The notes below the pieces were generated by a model that was given only the letters and a program-made list of their open reading frames with translations, was not told the DNA's origin and did no database searches. The position numbers and the translations under genes were made by a program. 64,000 nt of DNA from Psilocybe cubensis (taxonomy: Eukaryota), in contig CM039008.1 in assembly GCA_017499595.2 (NCBI GenBank), forward strand, positions 1,798,001-1,862,000, written 5' to 3'. Positions 47,234 to 64,000 of this stretch are shown here, one piece after another. Position 1 is the first letter of the stretch, and every line of letters starts with the position of its first letter.

Positions 47234-48727
47234 GCGCTGCATGCCATGGGAGGGTATTGTCTCCTTCGTGTTTGCTTCTCTTTTGGTGTTTTATTTGTGC
47301 TTTTTTTCTTTTACCCTCGGTGCCATTTTTATATTCGGCGTTGCTTTCTTTTCACTTATTTTCAGGGCCCTGTATTATTACTCCATATTCAACTGTACTT
47401 GTTCCTTGCATCAATTGTGTGTGATATTTGCTTGAAATTTCACATTGTCTTTTCCTCTCTGCTTGCAATGCCTATGTGGCGACAGGTGAGTGTGCCACGT
47501 TTTAGCTTGCGATTCTCTTCTAAATTTTTTTGGTTTACGGAAGGCTGGAGCGAACGCAAATCAAATTAGTCTTGTCGGCGTCAGGTTTTTACGCTAATAA
47601 AATACCTTGGGTCTTCACTTTCAGACATCGCGACAATACTGAGCCTAATTTATCTCGCCTTTGCACTGGTACATCAATTAGCATTTGGTGTCAATGTCTA
47701 AGATCGATGCGGAGAGACTGAATGCTTGCATGAGAAACTCCGTGGATAACCTGGACATGCAACATCGAAGACGTACGTAGCTTTTGACGTCATTTTTTCT
47801 GATATAGAATGAAGGCGACATTTGTATCGTTTTGGTGACTACTTATTACCTCGTATCTCAAGGTCGAGACTCTCGTTACCTTGGAAGTTGGAGTGTATCA
47901 TGTTATGTGCGTTATCGCCTTCTATTATTGTTCAATGGATGTTAATTTTCATGTTACTTAGTTCCACATGGGATCAAGCTTGAGTCTATGATGCCACGCA
48001 TCTTGGAAATGTTTTACTTACATACTGTTTGTGACCACGTAGCTCAATGTTTCTAGACACATTTGTGTTATAGGTATGTGGACATCCAGGAAGAACTCAG
48101 TTATCAACTTATCGTACTAAGTAGGTATATCTTTCATTTTAAACGTCAAACTGAACATGGACATTCTGCGCTGGTTCTAGTTTAGATATACGCCGTTCTC
48201 TGCCGTTGGTTCCACGCTGTCTATCAGTTCAAGCAAATAGCCTAAGCACTAAATCATGGCCATGGTTCTTAAGGTCTTCTCGGAGGGTTCGGAATTTCAT
48301 ACCAGTCCTCCAGGAGCTATACATAGTAATTGTTCCCATATTAATCTTGGGTGGCTTGTGATGTGATGACATTGACATTTGTTAGCTTCGACATGGTTTC
48401 ATATCGAGTAGCGCACTATCGTGTACGCGGAAATGGTGCCTTGGACCAGGCCAACTTCCAATTATCGCACTGAGAGGCTCCATCCCAGGCTCAACGTATA
48501 AAGCGGCAGCTGGCTGTTTTCACAATCGCATCCGGCAGGGGGTGCTCCCACACCATATGGGATTTATATTCCCCTCCATCACACCGATCTTTTTCCCTCC
48601 ACGGTTTGTGATCTCATAGATCAAATCTGCCGCATTCATTTCACCACTACCGTCATTACTGGTCTTTCTCTATCGCACACTTGCATATATACACACACTC
48701 CACGAACAGTCATTCGTTTTGATAATA

Positions 48728-49411
48728 ATGCATTCGTTTGCACCCACATTCGTTATCTCATACTACGCCCTCCTCGCCACGCTCTTCTCCTTTTCGTCTC
48801 TTCTCATCGTTCCGGCATACGCAGCGCCCCTCCCGCTGCTTTATGGCTACCGCGGCGACGCAATACAAACATCATCTTCGCCAAGGAGTCATTTATACAC
48901 CTACAGCGAACTGGCAAACAAATTTCTGATGGACAACGACGCATATCTGACCAATAGCGGCGCGTTAACGATGCCCTGGGAGGGCGGTTACGAGCAAGAA
49001 CATGCTGCTATGAAGGCGTTTAGCGCTGCAGCTGAGTGGGCGTCTCGGTTCTCTCAATCTCGATATAACCCTCCCCAGCCTCGGCCGGCTCAGCACCAGC
49101 ACCAACCGCCACAGTTCCAGCCCCCTCAAGCTGACGGCGCGTTCCGCCATTATGTGCACTGCGGCGAGGGATTCACCGCTGCCGATGCAAATTCGAACGG
49201 TAACATAGCACTGATGGAGAGGTTTAGGAAGTATGCTGTGTTGAGGAGCGCAGCACTGGCAGATATGAAGAGGAGAATTTTGGATCGTCAGAGAGCTTCG
49301 CGAGGGACTACAGAAGCGATTTCAGAGCGTGCTCAGGGTAAGTGTTATTGGTTCACCATTATCGTATTTTGTTGTACTGATTCACTTATTCCTTTTGCTT
49401 CTACAGACTAG
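48728..49411 (+). CDS. Hypothetical secreted protein
   Basis: Long open frame with hydrophobic N-terminus ending ...VPAYA/APLP and a Gln/Pro-rich segment. Terminal intron ~49338-49406. Confidence 0.55.
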   Translation: MHSFAPTFVISYYALLATLFSFSSLLIVPAYAAPLPLLYGYRGDAIQTSSSPRSHLYTYSELANKFLMDNDAYLTNSGALTMPWEGGYEQEHAAMKAFSAAAEWASRFSQSRYNPPQPRPAQHQHQPPQFQPPQADGAFRHYVHCGEGFTAADANSNGNIALMERFRKYAVLRSAALADMKRRILDRQRASRGTTEAISERAQGKCYWFTIIVFCCTDSLIPFASTD

Positions 49412-50214
49412 CTTTCTTCAGCGCCTATTTATCACTTGTACCATCATCGCCATCATGGTGCGTTGACCATTTCTGTCCAATCATGCATTCTGATTTTCTC
49501 AACTCGCGGTTTTCATGCAGTCCTTACTCGTTATTTATCTTCTGTACATTCATACTATACACGCCAAACGGATATCAAATCCGTACACAATTCTACGATC
49601 CTGCCTCAGCTGCTTTGTACTGCACTCGCATCATGTTGTATTTCCTTGCCGTTTATAAATTTGGACGATTTTGATTGAAAAGGTCTATTGTTTATCAGGC
49701 GTACCAAAAGAAAGATGTAAGACAGCAGAGTAAAGAAGTATGGTAATTCCTATGTGAGTGGACCACCATCATTGTCCTATATCTCTAGATCCCTCCTAAG
49801 TTTAGCCGCTAGCGCCCGTGGTATGGTTTCGATAGCTGCACAGTCCTTCACTCATTACTGAAGCTTCCCGACTCATTTTTTGTTGCCGGACAGGGTCTAA
49901 AGGACCAATATGCTGGCTCGTAGAACTTAGCTCCAGCCTTGCTCCAGCCTCCAGCCCACAATGCAACGCATGTTAGCCCCTGTGTATTATGTTAGGGGTC
50001 TCCCAGGGGGGGCGCAATTCTAAAATTTGACAACTGCGCTTTATTAAATTTTGAATCCAGAAACCAAGTCACCAACATAATGAAACAAACTCGGTAGCGT
50101 CCAGTCTCCTCTTGGTGAGCCCTAATACCGGCTTCCAACTTCAGACACAACACTTTGAGGCGACTCCGATTGCGCCAAGGTAAAATTTGATCATGTAACA
50201 GTCGTTTTTCTGTA

Positions 50215-53200
50215 AGATTGGGCTCATCAGGAACCAGCACGTTTACGTAATCAAAAGGCTTGGCGCCAAGAGCGGCCAAAATCGACTTCAGAAAAAATCA
50301 AAAGTTATGTCGACGGAAATTTAGTACAAACACAAGAATAAATGGTAGAAAGTATCATGTAGAATAACATTTGTGCACTAGATAAGTGTATCTATGGTTT
50401 TCAAATGATAGAAACAGACTCTTATGCAGACATATACTCTGCACGTACTTTGGCAATCATATCTGGAGGAAGTGTACGGTGACTATGATATCTCTTGTTT
50501 ATCCAGTGAACTTGTGGACCAGTTAGACCATGCTCATAGCCTGAAATAAACCTTGCTGATCGGTTTGCATATCTATTGAACATAATTAGTGAAAAGTTAA
50601 ACTTTTATTTGTGAAAAGTATAAAAGAATACCTTCTAATCTGAAGTAAAGGAATATCATCAAGGCATTGAATTACATTGGCTTCCATTTCATCAATGTTG
50701 CTTGTTTTGGGTGTATTACGATAGCGAAGCTTTGCTGCTCCCCAGTATTGTTCAATGAAATTGAGTTCACAATGATATTTCGGATAAAAATCACAGATGT
50801 GACCGCGGGAAGTGATCAATTCCTCAAGGCGTGATTTTTGAGCCACAAAGTCAGGTTGCATGAATAGAATACGTCGACAGCAGCAATCAGTCTTGCCTGG
50901 TTCGCATTTAAATCCTTCACATTGGGCAAGAAGTCCAGATTCTTTCCAAAGACCTCTTTCCCGGATAATTAATTCCATTCCTTTAAACCATCCGGGCATG
51001 GTGGGATGGTTATCATCAAAATAGAAGGACTGTATTTGGCCATTTGGAAGGGTAGTAGTTCGCATTTTGGCACCTCCTTTACGATGAGTCCAATATTGTG
51101 ATGGATTTTTAGGCATTCTTCTTGCAGATAATGCATCATCAGCACGTTTTTGATGACTTGGGGCATTGTCAAACAAAAAAAGGCCAGTAGCAAATCCATT
51201 GGTCCGTCCTTCAAAAATGTCAATTGCATGATCCACCTGATTAATCAAATCATCCGAGGTGAAATATCCATCACGATTTTTTCCTGCTTTGAATAAAATT
51301 CGTGCTGATCTAAAATTGATATTTATTAATTCAAACACATATGGATAAAATTTAAATAACATACTCTGAACCATCTTGACTTTGCAATCGGCCCCATTCC
51401 ACAGTAAGAAATTCTGATGGCATGATTGATGTACCTTCTCCTTTTTTTATTGGAACCGGGTTGGTAGATTTGTGTGACCATACATTTTTACGGCGATCTG
51501 TTTCATAGAATGTTGATTCATCATGGGTAATAAGGATAAGGCGAAAGCGCTGGCCAGCAGGAACAGAAAAGCCTGAAAGCTGAGAGTTACAATTTCCATC
51601 ATTATCATAGGAATACATCCGTTTTTCATAGTCCTTCCAGCGCTTGATAAATTCAATCCGGTACTGCACAACATCTTCCCGCTCATGACCATCTATATAC
51701 ATACCATTTCGTATTTTTCCATATCGCCAACCCATTTTGTGTAGCCATCGTTTGGCAGTAGAAAGATGAATTGATTTTTTTTCAACTCCAAGTTCCTCTA
51801 GTTTTTCTTGCATTTCAGGTGTTTGGATAAAGTCCACGATATCTTGAGCACAAATATAGCCAGTTTTTGCAATGCTAGAAAGATGGAGCTGTATTGCCTC
51901 TGAAAAATCTTCATCATCAAGAAGAGAAGGCTGAATACGTGTAACACGGCGGAGTGGAAGCTTTCCAGATTTCAAAAACGTGTGGATCCAGCTGCGTATA
52001 TTCCGAGCATGATTAACCCCACAGCCTTGGGATTTAGCAACTATCAAAGAAGATTCACGCCAACCATAGGAAAGTTGTGGATCAAGATATAAGTTCAACA
52101 CGCCAACCATTGCAGTAAGTCTTGCTCGAAGAATAATGTCAAGTGTCTTTTCCTTGCTTCGTACAGTCAAGGCTGCACAGACCCGACGAAGTTTTGGAAA
52201 GTCTTTGTAGCTGAGTTGATCAAGTATGGCATCAGATTCCGTAGGCAAGCTAAAATCCTCAACCTTTCCACCTGCTTGTAAATGTTGCAAGAAATTATTG
52301 ACAGTTTCTTGTGCATCCGAAATTGTAGAGTTGGCAGGCAAGTTAGATTGGGGTGGGTCATTATTTGCAATAGGTTGTGCATGATCCAGCTGGGAATTAA
52401 TATCTCCATCACTTTGTGTATCAGAAGAGCTGTCGGAATCAGATATGGTAATAATATCCACGTTATTTGTATTGACAGTAGTGGCTGAAGAGGTTGCTGT
52501 GGAAGGATTTTTTGGTGTCTTTGAAAACCACTCGGAAATGGGGTGTATTCCTTTATCCCTAAGATCCTTTCTTGCTCTCTTCTGTCGACGCTTGGTCCTA
52601 GCAGAGTTTTTAAGGTACATTTTTGGCCTATTAGTCCTTTCATTCTCAAGCTCCACTGCAATCCGTTGGGCCTCCAGTAAAATGTTTGAGAATGTTTGTA
52701 AATCTGAAGGAGTATTGATCTCTGAGTTCTCTGGCTGCTGTTCCATTTCGCCATCTGATTCAGAATCAGAATCTTCATCTGAAAGAGTAGAAGAAGATGG
52801 TTCTTCAAAGTAATCAAGAAATCCTTGCAAGGTGAAGGAGCCATCTTCATTATATGTTATAATCCCTTCATCACTGATATACTCTGCAAGGCTCTTCACA
52901 TTTGGGCCAGATTGGGGACTAGGGGTTGAGGATTGGATGTCCTCCTCCGGAATATCTTCAATAGAAACTGAATGATGTTTCTTTTGTGCATATTTGCCCA
53001 GGTTTTTGGCTCTAGAAAGTGAGGCTTTGGATTTTCGGGCCATAGATATGATGTATGATGATAGTCGAGTGGTTCCAAGTGGTCTACTTTATTTTATATC
53101 GCTCAAATCACTGCCAACGAGGCTGAGAAACATGCATCGAGGCGTTATCATGATCTTCCGGGAGGTCACGTGATCTATTATATAAGCGGCCAAAAGTGAC

Positions 53201-53474
53201 TTCGTCGAATTTTCAGAAATTGCCCAAACTCGTTAAAACATCATTTCCAATGCTTTACAATAAAAAAGGGGGGGAAAATTTTGTAAGCCTTATATCTTTC
53301 TCAAAAAAAATTTTTTTTTCAAAAAAAAACCGCAGATCTATTCAGAAATACACCTTCTACATATCTGTGGTTTAAAAATGCAGGATAATGTGGTTGTGCG
53401 AGTGGTGAAAACGTTCGGAGGTAAGCCAACTTTTGCTTACCTAAGGGGGTGCTGGTTCCTGATGAGCCCAATCT
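50215..53474. mobile_element. IS630/Tc1/mariner-superfamily DNA transposon, apparently intact (3260 bp)
   Basis: Perfect 26-bp TIRs AGATTGGGCTCATCAGGAACCAGCAC at 50215-50240 and 53449-53474, flanked by TA (50213-14, 53475-76). One transposase gene inside. Confidence 0.92.
50422..53043 (-). CDS. DDE transposase (IS630/Tc1-like DDE_3 core with Cys-rich insertion), 3 exons
   Basis: Acidic/basic N-terminus; HTH-like segment SIHLSTAKRWLHKMGWRY; ITHDESTF; FLFDNAPSHQK; FYPKYHCELNFIEQYWG (compare IS630 PPYSPELNPIE). Introns near 51310-51363 and 50575-50632. Ends ...AEYMSA*. Confidence 0.88.
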
Positions 53475-54419
53475 TAGCTTTGCGTCCCTGATATGTGCTA
53501 ATTATTTACATAACCTTTCTTAGTTTGTATGCGACCCGGAAGACTTCGGAAGCGTGTCCGCCCTTCTACAATATGCAAATGAACTTCTATCGTGAAAAAA
53601 TTAAACGCCGTGTCAACATCTTCCCAGAGTAGTTGATCCTGGTCAAGGGAAAAATACGCCCGAAGGACGCAATTTGCCAATATGCTGAGGATATGTTGCG
53701 AATAACTCTTCCCATGAAAATTTCTGACAGGTTCTGACGAACAGTCGGAAATAGGCTTCGCGAAATGGAATGTTTCTGACATCACAACGTTAAGAACCTA
53801 ATAAATTTGTAGTGGTTTGACTGACTGTTGACAGGTAAAAATAAGTACACTTTAAAATTGTGACTTTGGTTGAAAAGTCCGGATACTATTAAGTATTTTG
53901 CATCATATTAACGCGTACATAAAGATATTAAACGTTTTGAACTCCAAAACCGCTCAATATTGTCCTCGTTTAAGCTCACCAGTGGGGACCCTGGGGTTGG
54001 CGACGCGTACTCCGTCCGTGATGCGCGTTGACGTGTTTGATGCGAACTGCCAAAAAAGGTAAGTGTGTTTAGAGTGTTGACGTTAGTACGCGACTATTAG
54101 CTTCTTTTCGCTCCACCATAGACGCTAGAAGCCAATATGTGGTAATTATCACGGAATAATTCATGTTTTCTGGCAATTCCATCCGTTATCTCGTGGGCGG
54201 CGTTTGAGGCGATCATTGGATCCTGATGTTGAATGGGAAGGAATCCAGGGATGCAGTAAACAATCGCTTAGAGGATTCCACAGTGTATAAAATGGGGAGG
54301 TAAAGGTCTATCGCTTTTCCCTATCGAGTCTAATCTCACCGGTTCTCTCTCAGTTCACCTGTGTCTTCTGTTCAGACATCCCCCACATTCTTTTTGCACC
54401 CTCACCCCTCCACTTCAAA

Positions 54420-55321
54420 ATGTTCTCCCGTCTTTCCACCCTCTTCGTTGTGGCTTGTGCTTCGTTATCCATTGCAATGCCCGTTATGGACACCGTTCCA
54501 GGTGTTGCCGCTCTCAACGTTGTCGGAGGCCAGACCTCCAATCCTGCAAATGCTATCTCTCCGCTTGTTGGGCGCCAGACCGAACCTGATAGCTTCCTTG
54601 GGGTCGCTTCCGACCTTCTTGGGGATCGTGACTCTGCGCAGCCCACACTCCCGGAAATTGTCATCAGCCTCACCAATGAAATAAAGCCCATCTGCGCCAA
54701 GCTGGGTAAGTCGGGCATAATAATTTCATTATTGGTCCTAATGTCGTCCCATGTTATCAGAGGCTGCAGTCGCTGTCGCTGTCAAGGCCGATATCAATGT
54801 CGACCTCATCGTCAGCCTTCTCGGTGACATTGTTGTCCTGATTGAAGGTGCTATCGTCGACATCAAGGTCATCGTCGCGAACCCAGCGGGCTTCGTTCTC
54901 AGCGTTGCTGGAACTGTTATTACCGTCAATGAACTTGCTGTCCTTGTTGCCGCTCTTTTGACAGTAAGGAATTCGTTTAGTAATTCTTAATTTGGTATAC
55001 TTATTGCTTATTTCGTTTTAGCTCGTCCTCAACGTTCTCTTCACTGTCACCGTTGGCGTCCAGGGCCTTGCCGCTGGTGCCGTCCTCATTGTTGTCGCTA
55101 AGATTGGGTACGTGTCGCATTTTTTTGATCAGCACTTTAGCTTACCTTTCTGACTTTCATTCATTAGTGGTCTCCTCGCGGTCGTTCTTGGACTTGCTGT
55201 CCAAGTCGTCCCAAATGTTTGTGTGCTTGTTGCCCCACAGATCACTGCTGTTGTGCATATCATCACCTCCCTCAAGCTCGACGCCTTGGTTGTCGTTTTG
55301 GGCCTCCCTGCCAAATACTAA
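54420..55321 (+). CDS. Small secreted, highly aliphatic/hydrophobic protein (possibly SC15-like), 4 exons
   Basis: TATAAAA near 54286; signal peptide MFSRLSTLFVVACASLSIA; Val/Leu/Ile-rich helical exons; ends GLPAKY*. Confidence 0.7.
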
Positions 55322-56403
55322 ACGGATCGCTTAGTATTTCCATTTTTCTCTCTCATTGCATCGCATAGAAAGGATATACCATCTGTCATTATATACCTTT
55401 TGCAATTCTATTTCCCGCTTAATTCTATTATCATTTTCGATGCCGCGTTTAAAGCAGTCAAACGTTGAATTATTTTGAAAATTCTGGGTGAATTCGTTCC
55501 GATGCTATAGGGGAGTAATGCCCTTCGTGTTCCCATCTGGTGGTCATGCAGCCAAGGCGATCCAGGTGTATCTTATCTTGAATGGGTGATCTTATCTGCT
55601 ACAAGCTTGATCTGCCGTTGTCGTCAAGAATTCCGATTGGTTGGAACACGTCCCAGGGCGATAACGCATCTAATGCAACGAAGTCTCCCTATTCCGTGTC
55701 TCAATGAGGGTCGGGGCCCAATCCCAGCCAGACGATCGTGACAATTTATGGGAACTACGCTGGAAGAAAGTTGAAGAGCTTATATGAATTTTGCCTGGCT
55801 TGACACAGATTTTGAGCCGCTCTCAGCGACTCTTCTTTCATGTGAGGGCCATTGAGATTGTTAATTGACGTGGGCGTTAATTAACAAGCCCGCATGCTGC
55901 AGAATATTGCACAGGCCACCGTGCACTTGTCTTTGATGGGTGTGCAGGAGTCGTGGCGAAGGTTCATCTTCAAAAAGAACCACGACAGATGTGGCCTGGT
56001 GACTCGAAAAAGAGAAACGCTGGATTTGAAGATAGTCCGTGTGGAGACCTTGTGCTTGCCTGGCGTTTAACTCGCAGCAGCAAAAGAAGAGCTCATAGGC
56101 CAGGCCTTTGAGGTAAACGTAGTGCAGACTCTCACGTCGTTGAATGTTGTGAACGGCAATGGATTTTAGCGTGGAGCGAAGATGCTGTGGATGCAGAGCA
56201 TATGTCGCCAGCAGTGCAGAGAGTCACAAACATAGCATCGACCAACAGCGTTAACGGTGCAGAGGTCCGAATAAAGCAGAGGGTGTAGTCGGATAATCGG
56301 ATGCTGTAAATTTAAAAGGGGCGTACATATAAAGCAGTGTCACGAGCCGGGAAAAAGATTCTCTCTCTACCTTTCTGAGCTACCACCACCATCTATTTCC
56401 CAA

Positions 56404-59617
<3,214 letters not shown>

Positions 59618-60153
59618 GCTTCGATACGGGAATCGAAAGGTGGACTGAATAAAATGCAGAAAATGAAACGCGGAGGCGTACTGACTGACCTATGTGTTCG
59701 ACCTGAGCTCGAGACTATATCATGATATACTAGGGACATAAATAATTGTAGGATTTCGCGAGGATATATAAGTATTTAATGGACCATTTTAGTGCACTGG
59801 AGAGCTATGAGGATATGAGCTTTCATGGAAGTTATTTGAATCTTCGTGCACATCATAGATCTGGCGGGAAAGTTGCGGGCCACAGGTGGGCATTATAATC
59901 AATAGGCCAACACCTCAAAAAGTTACTTGGTGTTGGAGGACGATTATGTTTTACATGTAAGGCGATAACTTTTTTTAGTGAATTATTGTCCTTAACGTGA
60001 TTGTCCAATGTCCAAGATCGTTAGCAAATCGTTAGGATAGTAACTTCCGTGCGCGCCGTTTTCATCACGATGCACATTTTAAATGGTCTGCCAAATTAAA
60101 ACGTCAACCATGATTCGCATACCCGAAACGGTGAGTTGCGGGAATACCTTTCA

Positions 60154-60878
60154 TTACCACCCTTCATGGTCTTCATGGTCTTCAATGGGGATCATAGTTA
60201 TGACTACATCGTAACAAAGAGATGGGTCAAAGCCCAGGTATGGCGGAGGCGGGACGTCTGCCGTAACGTTGAAAACTATGTTCGTCTGCGGCCTATTCCC
60301 AGAGAATGGACACAGGGACCACAAGTTATGGAAACCGTTCGCTGCTAGAAGCGGGTACTCATATCCAGGCAGTCGAACAACCGAATATATCTGAGGAGCA
60401 GGGTGTGCGTATATTGTGGTAGAGATCCACCCTAGAGTGCCACCGCTTGTCACTGCAGTGGCATTGGTTATCCACCGGCCAGTCGAACTGTATGCACGTA
60501 ATCCGTTATCTACAAGTCCAAGAGCAGGGTAGTCGTTGTATGGGAATGATGCATAGGTCTACAAAGCTATGGTTGAACCTCGTTTGAACAATCAGCTCAT
60601 TGGCGTATGCGACTGACCGATGTAACGTAGAAGGTTATTCCACTGCTAGCGCCTGATGAATGTGGTAAGTGTAGTTCTAAACGAAGAAGAATTTATTAGG
60701 ACATACCATTTTGTCCTAACACTAGAGGTGCCCCCGTCGTATTCGCATTTGGCAAAGTGGTATTCAGTGCAGCAAGGGTAAAATTATGAGGGAGATGGCC
60801 AAATTGTGTTGTCTGGCTTAAACAGAGGTCCGTGAAGAAAGCAAGTAGCAACACGAGAGTTTTAACCCAAAGGAACAT
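60154..60878 (-). CDS. Hypothetical secreted protein (3 exons)
   Basis: Signal peptide MFLWVKTLVLLLAFFTDLCLS; NFTLAALNTTLPNANTTGAPLVLGQNG|ASSGITFYVTS|TYASFPYND...WSLCP...CYDV; clean GT-AG introns. Confidence 0.75.
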
Positions 60879-63800
60879 GGCTCTCTTTAAGGGAGTTGAA
60901 TCGTAGACTGACGGGACGCTGTAGAAATGTTGAAAGATGTTTAAAGAACGCGCTGATGGCTGACAAGGTTGGGGTTTCGCTTGGGTTCCGCGAAAACTTC
61001 GCTTCAATATTACAGCATTGCTTTTATACGCAAAACACCCTCTTCAGTTTAGTCTCCACGTGGCAATATGGCTGTACAGATGAAAGGAGGCAGGGGAGAC
61101 CATATAGCTGACAGAGGGGCCAGAAGGCCGAAGCTTCACGTGTTTTGCCATAATTGACGGCGACTATGAACCCCTCCTTCGCGGAACAAATAATCAGAGC
61201 ATTCAGTTTTATATCGGCAGGCTACATTTTACATGTATCTGAGAGATGGAAGGCCAGGAAGAAGTGTATCGGACAGAACGAGGCAGGTGGCCGTCACTGT
61301 AGGTGTTGAGAGAAATGAAGAGGCTTCGGCGCAAAAGCCTCACTGTCGGGCTCAGTAAAGTTGAAACTCAGCCGATGCTGACCTCATGACCAGTGTGACG
61401 GTAAAACTGCGGCGCCTCGCCGAGATTCTCTTCTACACACGCCATAGACGCTGGTCCGGACAACATGAAACAAACCCGCGTCTAATATGTCGTTGTACGC
61501 CATTAAACTTCCCATACCCACCATGCATGCAACAGCCTCACAAATCTGGCCATATTTGCTGGACACTGTCCTGAAAGTTCGTTCAAGTGTACTCGCAAAA
61601 ATCAACAACGCAATGGTGGTCGTGATCCTCTTCTGCTCTCGATGTTCTCGGTGCGGATACTCTGTAGCGTGATCTGCAGGATTCACCAAGTTAGTGCTAT
61701 ATTATTGTCTTTCAACATGGCGCGGCGTCGACGCGGTCTGAAGAGGAAATCTCTATATTCATTAGGAGTTGTTCCAGCAGTCAGGCCTTCTGCCTGGTGG
61801 ATCCTGTCTCTCTATTGGCATTGCGGATTTCTATGAGAAAGTGGATATCTAGTTCTGCGCCGCCGTATCAGGGACAACAATCGGGGATGCCGGTGCAATT
61901 TTCTGCTCGCTTCGGAATACGCACACAGATCTTATACGTCTGAGAGCTTCTGGATTTATCTCAAATGTTTGGCATTCATGCTCCGAGGCTCTTCAGATCT
62001 GAGAATTCCTTTCATCTGGTTTTCATGTTTTGTATCAACTAGTGCTTTAAGAGCATTCACTGCACTGCAGTCGTCGTCGGAAGGGTTAGCCATCACGAAT
62101 GCCAGGGCCAGTAAATCTCCTGCTACGCATTGATGCACTTCGGATACAAAATGTGCGACTGTAAATCAAATGCTGCTATCTTGTCAGGGCCGTGTTCAGT
62201 TAGCACCAGGTTAGCACTGTGAATTCTGATGATCATGTTGAACTAGTGGTCTGCGAATTAATGGATCTGTTACTTTGTCTTCTTCTTGCATGCTACCAAA
62301 GTACTATACTATCATCCGGGATCGGCCCTCTGAAAATGTCGATGTCCTTCTACTGTACCTTGCACCGTCGAAACAACTTATGACGGGATATTTCTGTCGT
62401 AAACTCAACAATTCTCCCATTTGTATGCTATCTCCTTCAATCCTTCAATCCTACACATCCTCATCTATTGTCCAGAAAGATGGATATTCTTGGGCGGCAC
62501 AGGAGCTCAGTGGACAATCACTCGCTCTAAGTGTACATTGCTCTACCCCCGAAGGTTTTCCAAATCGCTTTTGTCTCCTTGAGTCCTCCTTTCTCAGGTC
62601 TGCCAGACAGGCTGACTGTATGTTTTTTACCTCCATCTCGTTCAAACTTCAGGTGATCTGTTGCGATTTAAAAAAAAACGAACCTTATCTCATCGTGATT
62701 CACCTCTCTGGGTACGTGCTCGTCCAGTCGATTTTGTTTGATTTGATTGTATTCAGCCACACTTCACAGTATATGGTACAAGTTTGAAACTTATATTTTG
62801 CTTTTGGCTTCTGCAGCTTACTACCAGAGACAACCAATCCTGGAGTACATTAATGTGGTGTTCACTTTCTGTATCGTCTAACATCAATTTCTGAATTAAC
62901 GACGGAATAATATAAATCAGATATATAGTTTGTCAATGAACTGACATCAAGAACACACGTTAAAAGATAGTGTCTGCCTTGAGTCAGCTTAAACTGGTGT
63001 TCAAACTAGTATATAAGCATCCATAGCTTCTAAATGTTTTACCCCTGCTGTAGGGAATGATAAGATTAAGAGCCCATATATCATCAATGTCAGCGTGATG
63101 GGCGGTACGGTCAACGGCTAAGAAATTTGGTCTTGAGTCTATGTCCTCTGATATATAAGTAAAAAAAAAAATTCAGCCTGTTCAGGGCTCGGAGGCGAGT
63201 CTATTGGTGTAATTTCTTTTCCATCAAAACGCTACTGCGGAGGACGTTACTCTACTCCCAAAAATATCGTACTCGATTTGGCCTAACCGCGACTGGATGG
63301 TTCATTAAACGGGGTTACTTAGATTACAAACCGCAGTCAGGCGCCTGCCACCGGACTCAACCTCGGTAGCTTAAGATTTACAAAGACAAAATCCTAACAG
63401 CGTCACCAGGCCTACTGATTTCGACGTAGGAAAACGCTATTGTTTTACCAGTTTAACCAATTTACCAAGTAATCTTGACTGAAAGATGTTCAACTCTTGG
63501 CTAGTATGTATACCAGACCTTTCCAGAATGCTCTGTTTGATTTATGTCCCTACGGCAATCGGATCAGGCCACCTAATAAACAAATCGAGGTTTTACGAAC
63601 GGGCGGTAATTTTATGATACAAACAATCCCACAATGTCCCGCTCACGTTGACATTGGTTTTTGAAATCCTAACAGAAGTATCTACCTCGGGGTTGAGTCC
63701 CCCGGTGTGCGAGAATCGAAGCATTCAACGAGGATTCCTTTATCCCATACCATAGAGTTCATCTTAGTCTATAACCTTTAATGGTCAATTGCCTCTAATC

Positions 63801-64000
63801 ATAGCTAAGAAAGGATCCCAGTCGCAGTTGAATGATATCCGAAAGTGACAATGTTGAGTAAATTTAAAGCCGCTCGGTGTAGCCTGTTGGCATGGACAAG
63901 CTGTCATGCTGTTCGCTTAGATTTAGCTAGATCCCGGATCTCGCGCGTCACATCCCTATTGACTATTGATTTTCATATTAAAGGCCGCGTCGGGCATACA

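Noticed and set aside
49993-53991. Older outer element enclosing the Tc1-like transposon (AGGGGTCTCCCA... / ...TGGGGACCCT)
   Set aside because: The inverted similarity is short and gapped, and there is no matching TSD.
61320-61341. Short hairpin GAGGCTT...AAGCCTC as a terminator or ncRNA
   Set aside because: An isolated 7-bp stem, expected by chance; no tRNA or snoRNA features.
61900-63000. ORFs 62275-62787 (+) and 62451-62645 (-) as a gene or TE remnant
   Set aside because: No recognisable motifs or consistent splice model; left unannotated.

Overview
Intron-dense fungal genomic DNA, most likely from an agaricomycete basidiomycete (inferred from the ~50-60 nt GT-AG introns and the gene content). 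The main feature is an apparently intact 7.2-kb DNA transposon (3637-10843) with perfect 53-bp TIRs (TAT...ATA) and a 6-bp TSD (CTCCCC), inserted into exon 2 of a GH35 beta-galactosidase gene. It looks IS3EU-like. It carries a spliced DDE integrase-type transposase, a convergent spliced zinc-finger/alpha-kinase cargo gene, and between them a tandem array of ~50-bp units with palindromic cores. A second intact element (50215-53474; 26-bp TIRs, TA TSD) encodes an IS630/Tc1/mariner-type transposase with an unusually long, Cys-rich D-to-E spacer. Host genes include a UDP-glycosyltransferase, a solitary copia gag-N-like ORF, a PKL-type kinase-like protein, an A1 aspartic protease, a metallophosphoesterase, an AHP1/Prx5-type peroxiredoxin, an OSTalpha/TMEM184 protein, UBC13, a BEM46/ABHD13-like hydrolase, ARG5,6 and several small secreted or hypothetical proteins. 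All gene models were spliced by eye, and family assignments come from motif recognition, not database searches.
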